Below are positions 37,563-48,116 of a stretch of 64,000 nucleotides of DNA, piece after piece; position 1 is the first letter of the stretch, and each line of letters begins with the position of its first letter. The translations under genes and the position numbers were made by a program. This DNA comes from a virus. The stretch is from IMG/VR virus record IMGVR_UViG_3300037461_001787, positions 32,001 to 96,000 of that record, one strand, 5' to 3'. Below the pieces are notes generated by a model. It worked only from the letters and a program-made list of their open reading frames with translations, did not search any database and was not told the DNA's origin.

Positions 37563-39464
37563 ATGGCGTACAAAGGAAAGCACATACTGGTCAACAGCGC
37601 TTTGGACTTCAACAAACGGCTAGTCGATTGGCTCGTGAATGAAGTAGGCTGGGCGCATGATCCCAACAGCCCTACCATAGATTTGACCGCACGTACCGCG
37701 CAAGACGACAAGCACGCTTTCAAACTCGGCTGGTTTTTGAAATCGAACGGAGAAGACGGGAATCAGAATATTCCGATCCATATTGGTTGGCAGGACATCT
37801 CCAATATCGCAACCTCCTATACCATGTGGTATGGGCGGACTGCGTATTTGTCTGCAGGGATAAGCGCTACAGATACTGCTATCACGCTAAAATCGGCAAT
37901 GACCAATCTGGCTAATGGAGACATTATCCAGATTGGCGATGAGCTGATCTATGCCGGCGTGGTGTCTGGAGCGAATCTTTCATCGTGTGTTCGCGGGTAT
38001 TACGGCACAACCGCAACAACCCACGATGTGAAAGATGTGGTAGGGAGAATCACGGGAAGTGCGCCAGCGATCACGGTCTTTGGCGTGCGGGATTTGGCGA
38101 CTCCGCTGCTATCTAGTTCGGGTACGCCAAGCTGGTCTTTCGGAGAGACCGCCACTTCTAGCAACAATCTGGCAGTCGATCTCCCGAGGAACACTTCGCG
38201 GGATGCGAGCAAACTCAACCACAGCACATTGGTCAAAATCACCAGTGGCGCTGAATCTGGAAAGTGGCGCTGGGTGACGGCCCAGCCTTGCACCATCACC
38301 AATCAGATCGGCCTTACCTACGATGAATTTTACGGAGCGCCGGGTGCGGCATCTTGCGAGATTTATTCTGGTGGGATGCACCCATCGGTATCTCGCCATA
38401 TGTCTATAGGACCGAATGGCAGTAGCTACACTGCAGCGCTCTACCCGACAGCTTTTGCAAGCCCAAAAGATGTCTGGCTCTATGGATCGAAAAACGGCTT
38501 TACCATCGTGCTGCTCGCTGCCAACAATACCTATCGCATGTTCTATTTCGGGCAGTACGCCCCTTACGGCAACATGACGGCGACCACGGCCACTTCTGCA
38601 GCTGATGGAGATATCGCTTTGGGAGCTACGCAGATCAAAGTCGCCAACATCAATCTGTTTGCGGTAGGCGGCAGGTACATGCTGCTCTCTGCTTCCCCAG
38701 CGCTTGATTACCGGGCGAATTGCAATCAGATCTCAAACTCCTATATGGGAGCACCTGGAGGAGGATCGCCCAATTCTTGGCCGAATTTAGACGGGGATGA
38801 AGCATGCTTCGAGTACGTGCTGGTTACCAACGTCAATCTTGTATCCAACGTGATTACCGTTCAGTGCGGCACTTGTTATTCCTATAAAGCGGGAGCACTG
38901 ATTGGCGAATGCTTGCGCCCGCATATAGGGTATGCTTGCCAATCAGATGGAGCTGCCAATCAGTTTGCGGGATCAAGTCTCGGGGGGTACGCAAATTGCG
39001 TCGTATGGCATGCGCATCGCAATAGCCGAGTATTCACTACGCATCCGGCGCATCGTGTGCGTTGGCGATGCTGCCAAAGTGAAAACAACAGTGGGTTCCC
39101 AACGGTCAAACCCTGGAATGCGGACTTTGGCCGCAACGCTTACGTGCAGCGCGAATGCGCATACGGGAATCTTGGAGACGGAACAGCTGAGATTGGCGCC
39201 TCTCCAGAACCGTATTCGGGATCGGCGATGCTACTTGCGCCAAGACTTCGCGATACCGATCCTGGCAACGATCGATCTGCCTGGGGTGGAGACATGAATC
39301 GGCGGCCTGGGTACATTCCTGGTCCGCGCGCAGTAAACAATGTCTGGAGCGCTTTGAATGAGGATCTCATCCGCGTCATGTTCCAAGGCGCTTATTGCAA
39401 TTTTCGGCTTTTCTACCATAGCGATTCTGGCTATTGGTGGGCTTGCGGTCCCGAGACGGATTAA
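37563..39464 (+). CDS. Tail fibre / receptor-binding-like protein
   Basis: LSAGISATDTAI..IQIGDELI.Y..L..CVRG..GT...H domain; Cys/aromatic-rich C-terminus. Confidence 0.6.
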   Translation: MAYKGKHILVNSALDFNKRLVDWLVNEVGWAHDPNSPTIDLTARTAQDDKHAFKLGWFLKSNGEDGNQNIPIHIGWQDISNIATSYTMWYGRTAYLSAGISATDTAITLKSAMTNLANGDIIQIGDELIYAGVVSGANLSSCVRGYYGTTATTHDVKDVVGRITGSAPAITVFGVRDLATPLLSSSGTPSWSFGETATSSNNLAVDLPRNTSRDASKLNHSTLVKITSGAESGKWRWVTAQPCTITNQIGLTYDEFYGAPGAASCEIYSGGMHPSVSRHMSIGPNGSSYTAALYPTAFASPKDVWLYGSKNGFTIVLLAANNTYRMFYFGQYAPYGNMTATTATSAADGDIALGATQIKVANINLFAVGGRYMLLSASPALDYRANCNQISNSYMGAPGGGSPNSWPNLDGDEACFEYVLVTNVNLVSNVITVQCGTCYSYKAGALIGECLRPHIGYACQSDGAANQFAGSSLGGYANCVVWHAHRNSRVFTTHPAHRVRWRCCQSENNSGFPTVKPWNADFGRNAYVQRECAYGNLGDGTAEIGASPEPYSGSAMLLAPRLRDTDPGNDRSAWGGDMNRRPGYIPGPRAVNNVWSALNEDLIRVMFQGAYCNFRLFYHSDSGYWWACGPETD

Positions 39465-39509
39465 CAGGCGTGATTCCAGAAAACACCACCGGTCGGGAGA
39501 CGCTGAGCG

Positions 39510-40400
39510 ATGGCAATCAACAATAGTATTCTAGGGCACCCGAGTTTACCCAATGAGCTTGTTGCGTACTACAAGCTTGATGGCGATGCCAACGACGCGC
39601 ATATCAATGCGCTCCATGGCACTGCCGTAGGCACTCCGACATGGCCTACAGCGGCAGCAAACTGCCGGCTACGTCAAGGCCTCCAGCTCAATGGGACTAC
39701 TCAGTATATCTGGATGGCGGACAACGATCTCTTTGAGCCAACTACTGGGCTTTCTGCCGGAGGTTGGTTTTGGATTGACAGTACTGGCAGTGATTGGCAA
39801 CCATTGGTCAACAAATACTATTGGGGGAGTCCCTGGACAAATAAAAGTTGGCAGCTGTATTTTCAGCTCAGCACCAATACGCTAACGGCTAGTATCGTTT
39901 GGGGCCCTACAAATGGAGTGGATTATTGGACAGTGATCAAGGGTTCTTTGAGCGCGCTAAAAAATTCCTGGCACTATATAGCTTTTACGTATGACAAGTC
40001 TATTTTCATTTTGTACGTAGATGGAATTGAGGTGGCCAGGACTACGGGATGTTCTGGGAATCCTTTGGCCAATGCTACGCCAGTGTATATCGGAAGTTTT
40101 TGGGATCAAGACGGTTCCATCCGTTATTACTCCAAAGGGTATTTTGATGAAATTGCCATTGCTGCTCGCGCGTGGACGCCAGCTGAAGTACTTGCATTCT
40201 ATCATTCGGGATACCCTATTCGCTACGCAGAAGTTTATGCAGACGCTTCAGGTACTGCAGGCAGTAAGGTAATCGAGAATCTCATCATTCACCCAGCACC
40301 AGAAAATTACAGAGTGGTGACTCCGCGAGTGCATCCAGATCCGATACCGCGAGTGGTGCAAACCCCGGGATGGGGATACGGCATCAAGGGAAGAGGGTGA
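39510..40400 (+). CDS. LamG/concanavalin A-like lectin protein
   Basis: LVAYYKLDG..WHYIAFTYD..LYVDG..IG..GYFDEIAI. Confidence 0.85.
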   Translation: MAINNSILGHPSLPNELVAYYKLDGDANDAHINALHGTAVGTPTWPTAAANCRLRQGLQLNGTTQYIWMADNDLFEPTTGLSAGGWFWIDSTGSDWQPLVNKYYWGSPWTNKSWQLYFQLSTNTLTASIVWGPTNGVDYWTVIKGSLSALKNSWHYIAFTYDKSIFILYVDGIEVARTTGCSGNPLANATPVYIGSFWDQDGSIRYYSKGYFDEIAIAARAWTPAEVLAFYHSGYPIRYAEVYADASGTAGSKVIENLIIHPAPENYRVVTPRVHPDPIPRVVQTPGWGYGIKGRG

Positions 40401-40401
40401 C

Positions 40402-43400
40402 ATGGGCAATTCGATCATTTCAGATCCCGCATTGGTCTCTGCTCTTCTCGCTTATTATAAGCTAGATGGAAACGCGCTTGATAGCCATGGCAGCAATCAT
40501 GGCACTGCCGAAAAAACAATTGTCACTGCATCGGGTATGCTCAGGAATTGTATTGTTTTCGATGGCAATGGTGATCCGCCAGATGCACAGGGAACTTGCC
40601 AGATAATCAATTGCGGATCAGTGCTAAATACAAGCGCGAGTTTTTCGATCTCTTACTGGGCGTATGCCAACGGTGTTGACCCGTATAATTGTCATCTTTC
40701 GATCGCGTGCTGGAATGGAGGCGGATGGCAACAGCCTGGTACTCGTTTGTTCATCCAGCAACCCAATGGTTCCTATATCACTGTAACTTTCGCTTATTTT
40801 GGAAGTAGTGGTAATGTTTCAGTGCCTATCAGCGCAGAAGGGGGATTGTGGACGCATTGGGTGATCGCGGTAAACTATAATGTTGGCACCGGAATATCCA
40901 CTCTCACCATTTATAAAAATGGTGTTCGAGCTGGAACCAATGCAGGATCGGTTGGCGGGCCAAGCTTTGGGCCTATTCCACTGTTGATTGGGGGCGCTTG
41001 CTATAATTGGGGTTCTAACTATCGGCTGCACCAGGTAAATGGAAAAATAGATGAAGTGGCAGTGTTCAATCGGGCTCTTACCCCCCTTGAGGCGATCCAA
41101 CTTTATCATGCGGGTTACCCGTATCGATACGATGAATTCTATGCGGACATTTCTGGAACGGCTGACGCTACACTTTTCGATTTGGAATCGTTGGCGGGTT
41201 TGACTTCCGGGTATGTGTTTCCTGCGGCCACTGACTTTGAAGCGATTACCGGTCCAGCGCAAAGGCAAATTTCTCTTTCTTGGGTCAACCCAGTGCACCC
41301 TGATTTTCTGGAAGTCACAGTACGCCGTTCAAAAACTGGATATCCACCTTCGATACACGTTGGCGAGACTGCGTATACCGGGACCGGTACTGGTTTTATC
41401 GACAGCAATTTGGATCCTGATGAGCTGTACTATTATTCAATTTTTGCCTGTGACACTTATCGCACCTACTCAGTAGCGGTCAATGCTAGTGCGGTTGCAA
41501 AAGAACTAAATCGCGCAAAACTTCTCTCGGCTGTTGCGATCGCCAAAGACAAAGTGCGGGTCACCTGGGACCAAGAGCTGCATTTGGGTGAGGGGGATGC
41601 TACAGACGCGCTTGTCCCGGCAAACTGGACCTTCGAGACGCTGGCGCATCCAGTAGCAGCACAAGCAATCAGCACCCATCAGCTCGCGCCAACAATTCTG
41701 GACATTACCTTAGATGAGGAAGGGACTGTTGACGCGGACTATACCGCAATAGCAGCGGCTACGTTGCAGGCGGCGGATCTGCGCACCATCAGCCCTACTG
41801 ATCGTGAATTTGAGTTCACTGGTTTGGGCGAAATGCCGCAAGTGATGTTTGCGCAATCGATTGGGCTTTTTTACGCTATCGTACAATTCTCCGAGGCGGT
41901 GCTTGGCGCTGAGGACAAGGCCAACTACAATATTCCCGGTTTGGTCATCGCCAGTGTTTCTGTGTTTGATCCCGTGCTCTACAAATACCAGCTGCGTACT
42001 GGCCAGCAAGCTTTTGCGGCACCTTATTTGGTGGAGGTGTCTGGGGTCACCGATTTGGCGGGGAGCCCCATCGATCCAGCGCACGATACTTACGCATTCA
42101 CTGGATTCTCGCCAGAAAGTTCCAGCGCGGTAGAGCCTTCAGATCTAGGATTGATTGCCGCATTGACTAGCGCCATTGGGGAAGCTTGCACTGAGATGGC
42201 GGGGCTTGTCTCCACTCGGTTGAGTGAGCCTGTAACAGAGGGGGAAACGGTCTTTCCCGTCGAATCCACAGAAGGATGGTCAGATGCAGGGCGTTTTGCG
42301 GTAGAGGGCATCCCGTATACGTATACTGGCAAAGGCACTGCTTCGCTGACTGGGGTAAAGCACATACGCGGTGGGGAAGAGCAGAACGGCGCGGCCATGC
42401 TCCACCATGTGGAAGCTGCAGTTACTGATATCGGTCGAAATCGAAGTTATGCAGAAAAGCTTCGCCGAGCGCTGCTACTCAATTACGCTGAGGGCGAGGA
42501 TCTGAATGTCGTCGGGCGCAATTTTGGGCTCATTCGTCATCCATTTTTTACGGATGATGCAGTTTACCGTGAAGTCATTCGGGCCATGGCTTACAGCCCG
42601 AAGGGGACGATGCTCGGATTAGAGCTTGGGCTTTGCGGGATGGTAGGGGAGGGGAACTTTGAGATTTATGAAGACCTCATTCGCTATCCCTGCCAAGTGT
42701 TTATTCGGCTAACGGGAGATGCGCTCCAGGCACAACAAACGGTGGTAGGCAAAGCCTGGATGACCGAGCTGTACTGGGATGCGCTGCGCACTACGGCCAA
42801 TCAATTGGATCTAGGTGCTGCTCCACTGAGTGTCTATGGGGTGCAGCTCAAACCGCTGCAGGAGGTTTTTGATTTCCGTACTCTCAAGCCCAGTGACGTG
42901 ACCTATCCATATTACCCAGGCAGCACTCCACAAGCTGCGTTTGGCTACGCGGGCACGCTCGTGGAGGGGGATTCGGTCTTGGTCGCTGAAGGGCAAACCA
43001 AACTCACCTGCGGCAGCGTGGGCACTATTTTCTATCGCATGCTCGATACCCAAGGCGCCCGCGTGACGCCCGCGTCTGATTGGGTAGTGTCGATGCTGAT
43101 GTGCATCCCAACCGGAGCAAGCCTGAAGCACGGAGAGCTTTTTCAGGCTGGGCTTTCCGTCTTTGACGGTCAGTACCGGATAAGCTGTGGCCTGGAAGAC
43201 GATCTGACTTTTGGTTTGATGGCGACTTCTGGCGGAGGGTTCCTGGGTACGACGGTAACGCTTGCCCGAGATACGTACTATGCAGTGGAACTTCGTCGAG
43301 CCTGGGGTGACGTGATCGAGTTACGGGTCAACGGACAACTTGTTGCTTCTGTGGCTCGATCGAACTTTTCTGCCGCGCCGACTACCGACCATCAAATTGA

Positions 43401-44301
43401 GTTTGGCATCCGCGGTACGCCAAATTCTGGAATGGCTTTTTGGGGTAAGCAGTTTATGGCGTCAATCACGGCCCCAACTGATTACTGGAGTGGACGCGGG
43501 GTGGACGGGGCGACCAATGATGCAGCTCCCACCCAGCTCATTATTGGTGGCGCAACCCATGATTTTCTCCTGGAGGACGTGGGTAAATCATTGCGGACTT
43601 TCGGCTCAGCAGTTACCAATGCGCGTGGTGGGAACAACAATGGGCGGTGGAGAATCGCGACTTACGTGAGCGCTACAACGGTGACGTTGCGCGGGGTGGA
43701 ACAAGCAGATGCTGAGACCAGTAGCGCTGCTCCCACCCAAATCACTGTCCCTCTTTTTGATGGGCTGGGCCCGTTTGTCTACCCGGACGATTTGGGCAAG
43801 CAGCTTGTGATTTCTGGGTCGCATTACGGCAATGATGGCGTCTATACCATCTCCAAGCTTTTCGACTCGAATGGTGTCGATTACGCGACTACGCGCATTT
43901 CTGGAACAGCTCGATCGAATGTCTGCCAGGTGACCACGCCAACCATTACTACCGAAGTGGGGTTGACCTGGGAATTGCGCCCGGCTTTTGTGGATGAGAC
44001 GGGGCTCTCTTTCGAGATGAGCGGCGCGGGGTCAATTTCTGGAACAGAATTGACCTTGCGTAAGTCGCTCTGGAAGAATGATTTGATCATGGAAATTTTG
44101 GCGATTGATGAGCATTCTGCGCAGCTCGTCGATCATTCGGCGGCGAATTTTGTCAAAGACGAGGGGCCCCCTCCAGTCTTCGCTGCCTACCCATGGTATG
44201 TGGCAGATCCATTGGCTATGCTGAAGCCGTTTAGTGACCAACTGACGGCGGCTGGTGTGGTGCCTAAATATTACATAGGAGACGAGCTAAATGGCGACTG
44301 A
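40402..44301 (+). CDS. Large baseplate wedge/adhesin: LamG + Fn3 + Ig-like + tail-protein-I-like core
   Basis: N-terminal LamG; LSWVNP..FIDSNL..YYYSIFA Fn3; AEGEDLNVVGRNFGL.R..D..YR wedge motif. Confidence 0.7.
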   Translation: MGNSIISDPALVSALLAYYKLDGNALDSHGSNHGTAEKTIVTASGMLRNCIVFDGNGDPPDAQGTCQIINCGSVLNTSASFSISYWAYANGVDPYNCHLSIACWNGGGWQQPGTRLFIQQPNGSYITVTFAYFGSSGNVSVPISAEGGLWTHWVIAVNYNVGTGISTLTIYKNGVRAGTNAGSVGGPSFGPIPLLIGGACYNWGSNYRLHQVNGKIDEVAVFNRALTPLEAIQLYHAGYPYRYDEFYADISGTADATLFDLESLAGLTSGYVFPAATDFEAITGPAQRQISLSWVNPVHPDFLEVTVRRSKTGYPPSIHVGETAYTGTGTGFIDSNLDPDELYYYSIFACDTYRTYSVAVNASAVAKELNRAKLLSAVAIAKDKVRVTWDQELHLGEGDATDALVPANWTFETLAHPVAAQAISTHQLAPTILDITLDEEGTVDADYTAIAAATLQAADLRTISPTDREFEFTGLGEMPQVMFAQSIGLFYAIVQFSEAVLGAEDKANYNIPGLVIASVSVFDPVLYKYQLRTGQQAFAAPYLVEVSGVTDLAGSPIDPAHDTYAFTGFSPESSSAVEPSDLGLIAALTSAIGEACTEMAGLVSTRLSEPVTEGETVFPVESTEGWSDAGRFAVEGIPYTYTGKGTASLTGVKHIRGGEEQNGAAMLHHVEAAVTDIGRNRSYAEKLRRALLLNYAEGEDLNVVGRNFGLIRHPFFTDDAVYREVIRAMAYSPKGTMLGLELGLCGMVGEGNFEIYEDLIRYPCQVFIRLTGDALQAQQTVVGKAWMTELYWDALRTTANQLDLGAAPLSVYGVQLKPLQEVFDFRTLKPSDVTYPYYPGSTPQAAFGYAGTLVEGDSVLVAEGQTKLTCGSVGTIFYRMLDTQGARVTPASDWVVSMLMCIPTGASLKHGELFQAGLSVFDGQYRISCGLEDDLTFGLMATSGGGFLGTTVTLARDTYYAVELRRAWGDVIELRVNGQLVASVARSNFSAAPTTDHQIEFGIRGTPNSGMAFWGKQFMASITAPTDYWSGRGVDGATNDAAPTQLIIGGATHDFLLEDVGKSLRTFGSAVTNARGGNNNGRWRIATYVSATTVTLRGVEQADAETSSAAPTQITVPLFDGLGPFVYPDDLGKQLVISGSHYGNDGVYTISKLFDSNGVDYATTRISGTARSNVCQVTTPTITTEVGLTWELRPAFVDETGLSFEMSGAGSISGTELTLRKSLWKNDLIMEILAIDEHSAQLVDHSAANFVKDEGPPPVFAAYPWYVADPLAMLKPFSDQLTAAGVVPKYYIGDELNGD

Positions 44302-46690
44302 CAGATTGCGCGTGGAAGGCAATGAGCGAATGGATTTGCAGGATTTCCAATACCTGGTGGGGGAGCAGCAGGTGGCCGCTGAGCGGCAGCTGCTTTCGCA
44401 GCTCATTTGCTCTCCAGATCGAGAGCGCAAATGGGTGCTCTCGGGTTTTGCCATCAGCAATCCCACTGGCGCTCAGGTACAGGTGACCAAGGGCAGGGCC
44501 TTGTTGGCCGAGTTTCGAAACGGGGCGGCCTACTATGGGATGCTTACGACGGAAGGGGATGCTACGAAGATTGTGGACATCAACACCTACGCAAATGGCG
44601 TCTATGGGATTTACGTTCGCTTCGAAGAAATTGAGGGTGCCTTTCAACCACGAATTTTCTGGAACGCGGCGGGGCTTGGTTCGGAATACCCCGAGACCAT
44701 CGCTACCCGTTATCTGGCCAACTGGGCAGTGCGGGTAGAAGCAGCAAGCCCCGGAGAGGAATGGTTACAGATCGGCACGGTGAATCGCGCCGACATGGCG
44801 CTGGTGGATATGCGCGATTTCTATTTTGAAGGGCCTGTGGATGACAGCTACAAGAGCGGCTGGTCAACGGACGGGGGCGGGAGCGCCAATGATCGCAGCG
44901 CGGATCGGAAGACCTACGGGGTTAGCGATTTCCAGAAATTTAGCGCAGCGACTCGCCAGTGTCTGGAAGACATCAAAGGCCGGGGGCTGCGTCGTTGGTG
45001 GGAGAGGGACATTGGTGGGATGAATCTCGGCTTTGATGCGGCTCCAGTCGAAGATCGACTCGCGCTCGGAGACGCAGACTTCTACCTCGATGGCGGGGCT
45101 ACCAAACGCTGGCAGTTTGCGCCCAATGATCATCTGACTTACGACCGCACGGGCAACGTGTTGGCGCTTTCTATTGGTGCAGATAAATATAAATGGGATG
45201 CAACCGCATATTTTCCAGAAACCGCTGATGCGGTTGATCTGGGCAAGAGTGACAAGCGCTTCAACACCCTTTACCTGGGGGGGTTGGCTCGTTTTGCGCA
45301 TGCGACAGCGGACGAAGGTGAACGCAATTGGCAGATTTCCATTGCTGAAGTGGATGGAGCTGAGACTCTTCGAATTGGTACGGCGACCGCAGCTTGGGCG
45401 CATGCCATGGCTGGGATTTCTTTTACTCGGACCCTAAATGGTTGGTCTATCACCAAAGTCAATTTTCCCAATGGGCTTTATTACGATGTGGCCAATTACG
45501 CACTCTGCGCCGATACCACTTATGGTGCATTGGGCAAGACCGATGAGCGCTGGAAATATGTGTACGCTGATCTTGTTCATGGTACCACTGTTCAGGGCCC
45601 TGCTGTGGTCGCTGAAACAGCTTTTCTTCCCGATGCTCATAATGGAGCAAATTTGGGAGCAGATGACAAATATTTCAATAGTGGGTGGGTGACCACTTTG
45701 ACTATGGCAACCGGTATCGTCAACACGGTTATAAAACCTGATGTAGATGAAGGCGCGGATATCGGTACAAATCTGATTTATTTTAATAATGCGTACCTTG
45801 AATCAGTGTTTATTGGCACGAAACTTATGCCCCGTTTTCATAACCAGCAAGATTTGGGGGATGTGAATACGTGGTTTCGCAATGGGTACGTAGATAATTT
45901 TAATATGTATACGGCGACTATTGGGCATTCATTAGTGCCAGATGATCATGGGGGAGCAAGTTTAGGCACTGCAAGTCCGCTTAAATGGTTTAGCACTACT
46001 TATACTCTGAACCTGATGTTAAGTACTGATGTTGGTGGCGGAGTGGGTACTGATCTAAGACCTTCTGAAAATGGTACTCTGGATTTAGGGCATTCAAGCT
46101 ATCGTTGGAAAGCTGGGTACGTCAATTCCCTGTATTCCGCATGGGTATATACCGAAAAACTTTCTCGGGCTGATGCCGGAGACATTCTTGTCTATTATGA
46201 TTTGGTGCCTAGTACGAATGGCGCTGCCAATCTTGGTACGGTAGACACAACCTGGGGTACTTTGTGGGTGGGTACGATCACTGGAGGGGTAGGTGGAATT
46301 TCTTCTGGCGGCGTAGTTAGCGGCGCGGGAATGACTTGCAGTGGCGAGTTGTACCTACCAGGTTTTGCAGGGTCGCATGGACGGGAGATCAAGTGGGAAT
46401 GGGCGGCAGGTGGAACTTGGTCGCCGTGGAATGTGCTGTACTCGGAGGTTGGCGCCTTTTATTCCGTAGGCCTTTATACGCAATATTGGACGAAACTAGG
46501 GGGCACTCTGCCGATCCTCGTCAGCGGGCAAGTATTGATTGGAGAAGCATATGACGCGCACATAAACCACAACGTCAGTGAGATCCATGGGGTTGGCGCA
46601 GTGGCCAATCGTGGGTTCCTTACCCTCCGGTTCAATGAAGTTGATTACGTGATCCCGGTTTGGTATTGGACCGATATGGAAACTCCCTAA
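44291..46690 (+). CDS. Tail fibre with repeated (D/N/S)LGxxxx(R/Y/W)(F/W)xxxY units
   Basis: About 8 repeats (DLGKSDKRFNTLY, NLGADDKYFNSGW, DLGHSSYRWKAGY...); AT-richer C-terminal half. Confidence 0.7.
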   Translation: MATDRLRVEGNERMDLQDFQYLVGEQQVAAERQLLSQLICSPDRERKWVLSGFAISNPTGAQVQVTKGRALLAEFRNGAAYYGMLTTEGDATKIVDINTYANGVYGIYVRFEEIEGAFQPRIFWNAAGLGSEYPETIATRYLANWAVRVEAASPGEEWLQIGTVNRADMALVDMRDFYFEGPVDDSYKSGWSTDGGGSANDRSADRKTYGVSDFQKFSAATRQCLEDIKGRGLRRWWERDIGGMNLGFDAAPVEDRLALGDADFYLDGGATKRWQFAPNDHLTYDRTGNVLALSIGADKYKWDATAYFPETADAVDLGKSDKRFNTLYLGGLARFAHATADEGERNWQISIAEVDGAETLRIGTATAAWAHAMAGISFTRTLNGWSITKVNFPNGLYYDVANYALCADTTYGALGKTDERWKYVYADLVHGTTVQGPAVVAETAFLPDAHNGANLGADDKYFNSGWVTTLTMATGIVNTVIKPDVDEGADIGTNLIYFNNAYLESVFIGTKLMPRFHNQQDLGDVNTWFRNGYVDNFNMYTATIGHSLVPDDHGGASLGTASPLKWFSTTYTLNLMLSTDVGGGVGTDLRPSENGTLDLGHSSYRWKAGYVNSLYSAWVYTEKLSRADAGDILVYYDLVPSTNGAANLGTVDTTWGTLWVGTITGGVGGISSGGVVSGAGMTCSGELYLPGFAGSHGREIKWEWAAGGTWSPWNVLYSEVGAFYSVGLYTQYWTKLGGTLPILVSGQVLIGEAYDAHINHNVSEIHGVGAVANRGFLTLRFNEVDYVIPVWYWTDMETP

Positions 46691-46711
46691 TTGTTTGTAA
46701 CCGAGGAACCC

Positions 46712-46972
46712 ATGCCTACCATTATTCCAGAAAATGTGCAGATCAATGTACCCAAGTACCAAGAGAAGCTCAATCAGTTGCTCTCGGTGACTTTGGACGC
46801 GGCTACTGTGTTCAGCTACATCCAGGCGCATGAGATTCCAGAATTGGCGGATATCATGAGCACCTTCAACATTGGCAAACCAGACGCGGTGAAAATAGGG
46901 TATTTGGCTCGCGATTGGCATATCGGAATGTGCCGGAAGAAGCTAAATTACCCTGAGTATAACATGCTGTAA
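46712..46972 (+). CDS. Hypothetical protein
   Basis: GAGG RBS before ATG 46712. Confidence 0.55.
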   Translation: MPTIIPENVQINVPKYQEKLNQLLSVTLDAATVFSYIQAHEIPELADIMSTFNIGKPDAVKIGYLARDWHIGMCRKKLNYPEYNML

Positions 46973-46993
46973 CGAGCAAAAAGGAGAGCGAGC

Positions 46994-47386
46994 ATGAATC
47001 CAGAATTGAAGAAAACAATGGAATTCAGTGGGGACGAAGAACGATTGCTTCAGCGTGCAGAAGAGCTGCGGCAAAAGAAACTGAAGGAGAAAAATTCCAG
47101 GGCCGCTGCCCTGGTCAATGGCGAAATCAAACCGCCCAATGAAATGGTGTCATATCTGGTGCAGCGAATTCGCGCTACCCGTCGCGAGTACGAGCAAGTC
47201 ACGCAGCAGATTCAACAGCTCAATACCCAGCTGCAATCATTGACGCAACGGCAGGCCAATCTCGAAGGCGATCACAATAGCCATGTTGCCGATTTGCAGT
47301 TCTGGGACAAGGATTCGACAGAATCTCTGGAAAATCCCAATGTCATCTCCATGAAGTTACCTGACGTAGAAATTCCCGTTCCCTGA
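46994..47386 (+). CDS. Coiled-coil protein (possible fibre chaperone)
   Basis: Gln-rich heptads; AGGAGAGCGAGC leader. Confidence 0.6.
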   Translation: MNPELKKTMEFSGDEERLLQRAEELRQKKLKEKNSRAAALVNGEIKPPNEMVSYLVQRIRATRREYEQVTQQIQQLNTQLQSLTQRQANLEGDHNSHVADLQFWDKDSTESLENPNVISMKLPDVEIPVP

Positions 47387-47445
47387 TTTTTCTTTTCTCC
47401 CACAGCTGCGGTAGCCTGGATGAAACTTCGATACGGAGGGCAATC

Positions 47446-47772
47446 ATGATTTGCCGCGTCTGGACTTGGATCTGGGTGGTATTCTACCGTTACGTGCTGC
47501 GCTTGATCATGGAAAAAGACGAAAACCGCAAACCGATAGTGTCTCTCGGGCGGCTGGCTTTTGCGGCGGTGCTCATCCAGTTTTTCATTCTCTGGCGTCG
47601 CGCCTTATTTTCTGGAACAGAGGTGCAATGCCCGCCCGGTCTTCTGGAAGTTTTTTACACGCTGGCCGCTTACGTCTTGGGCACCAAAATCGTTCGCGCT
47701 GGAGTGGAAGCAATAGAGGCGCGAAAAAATCAAGCGGTGTTGCTCTCCAGGGATAAGGAGCCGCAGTCATGA
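47446..47772 (+). CDS. Holin-like membrane protein
   Basis: 2-3 hydrophobic segments, K..SLGR motif, charged C-terminus. Confidence 0.6.
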   Translation: MICRVWTWIWVVFYRYVLRLIMEKDENRKPIVSLGRLAFAAVLIQFFILWRRALFSGTEVQCPPGLLEVFYTLAAYVLGTKIVRAGVEAIEARKNQAVLLSRDKEPQS

Positions 47773-48116
47773 TGCCTGGGCAGTGGAGATTGGCGCTGCG
47801 GGTGACCGGGATTGCGCTGGTGGTCACGTTGTTGGTGGTGGGAGTGGCCTTGCTTCACCGGTTTTTCCCACAGCTCGCCAGTCGCTCTATCGGGCGATTG
47901 CAGGGGCGACTGGATGCGGAGAAAGCTGGACTGGCTGTTGCCAAGATTGAGGCACAAGAAGGAGCTGCGGCAGCTCGGGCTGAAGTGCTCGCTTGTTACG
48001 CCCACCAAATGGAGGTGCTTGATGTGCGGCAAAAGGCTCAGGCCGAATCGCTGGAGAAGGACCCCGTGGCTCTCGCTCGTTATCTGGTGCGGGTGGGCTC
48101 TACTGTTTCTCGGTAG
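47769..48116 (+). CDS. i-spanin/Rz-like protein
   Basis: N-terminal TM plus coiled coil; overlaps both neighbours. Confidence 0.5.
   Translation: MMPGQWRLALRVTGIALVVTLLVVGVALLHRFFPQLASRSIGRLQGRLDAEKAGLAVAKIEAQEGAAAARAEVLACYAHQMEVLDVRQKAQAESLEKDPVALARYLVRVGSTVSR

Noticed and set aside
39510-41160. Diversity-generating retroelement TR/VR pair (LamG duplicates, or the 153-bp duplication at 16.8 kb)
   Set aside because: The copies differ broadly rather than only at adenines, both are coding, and there is no reverse transcriptase in the window
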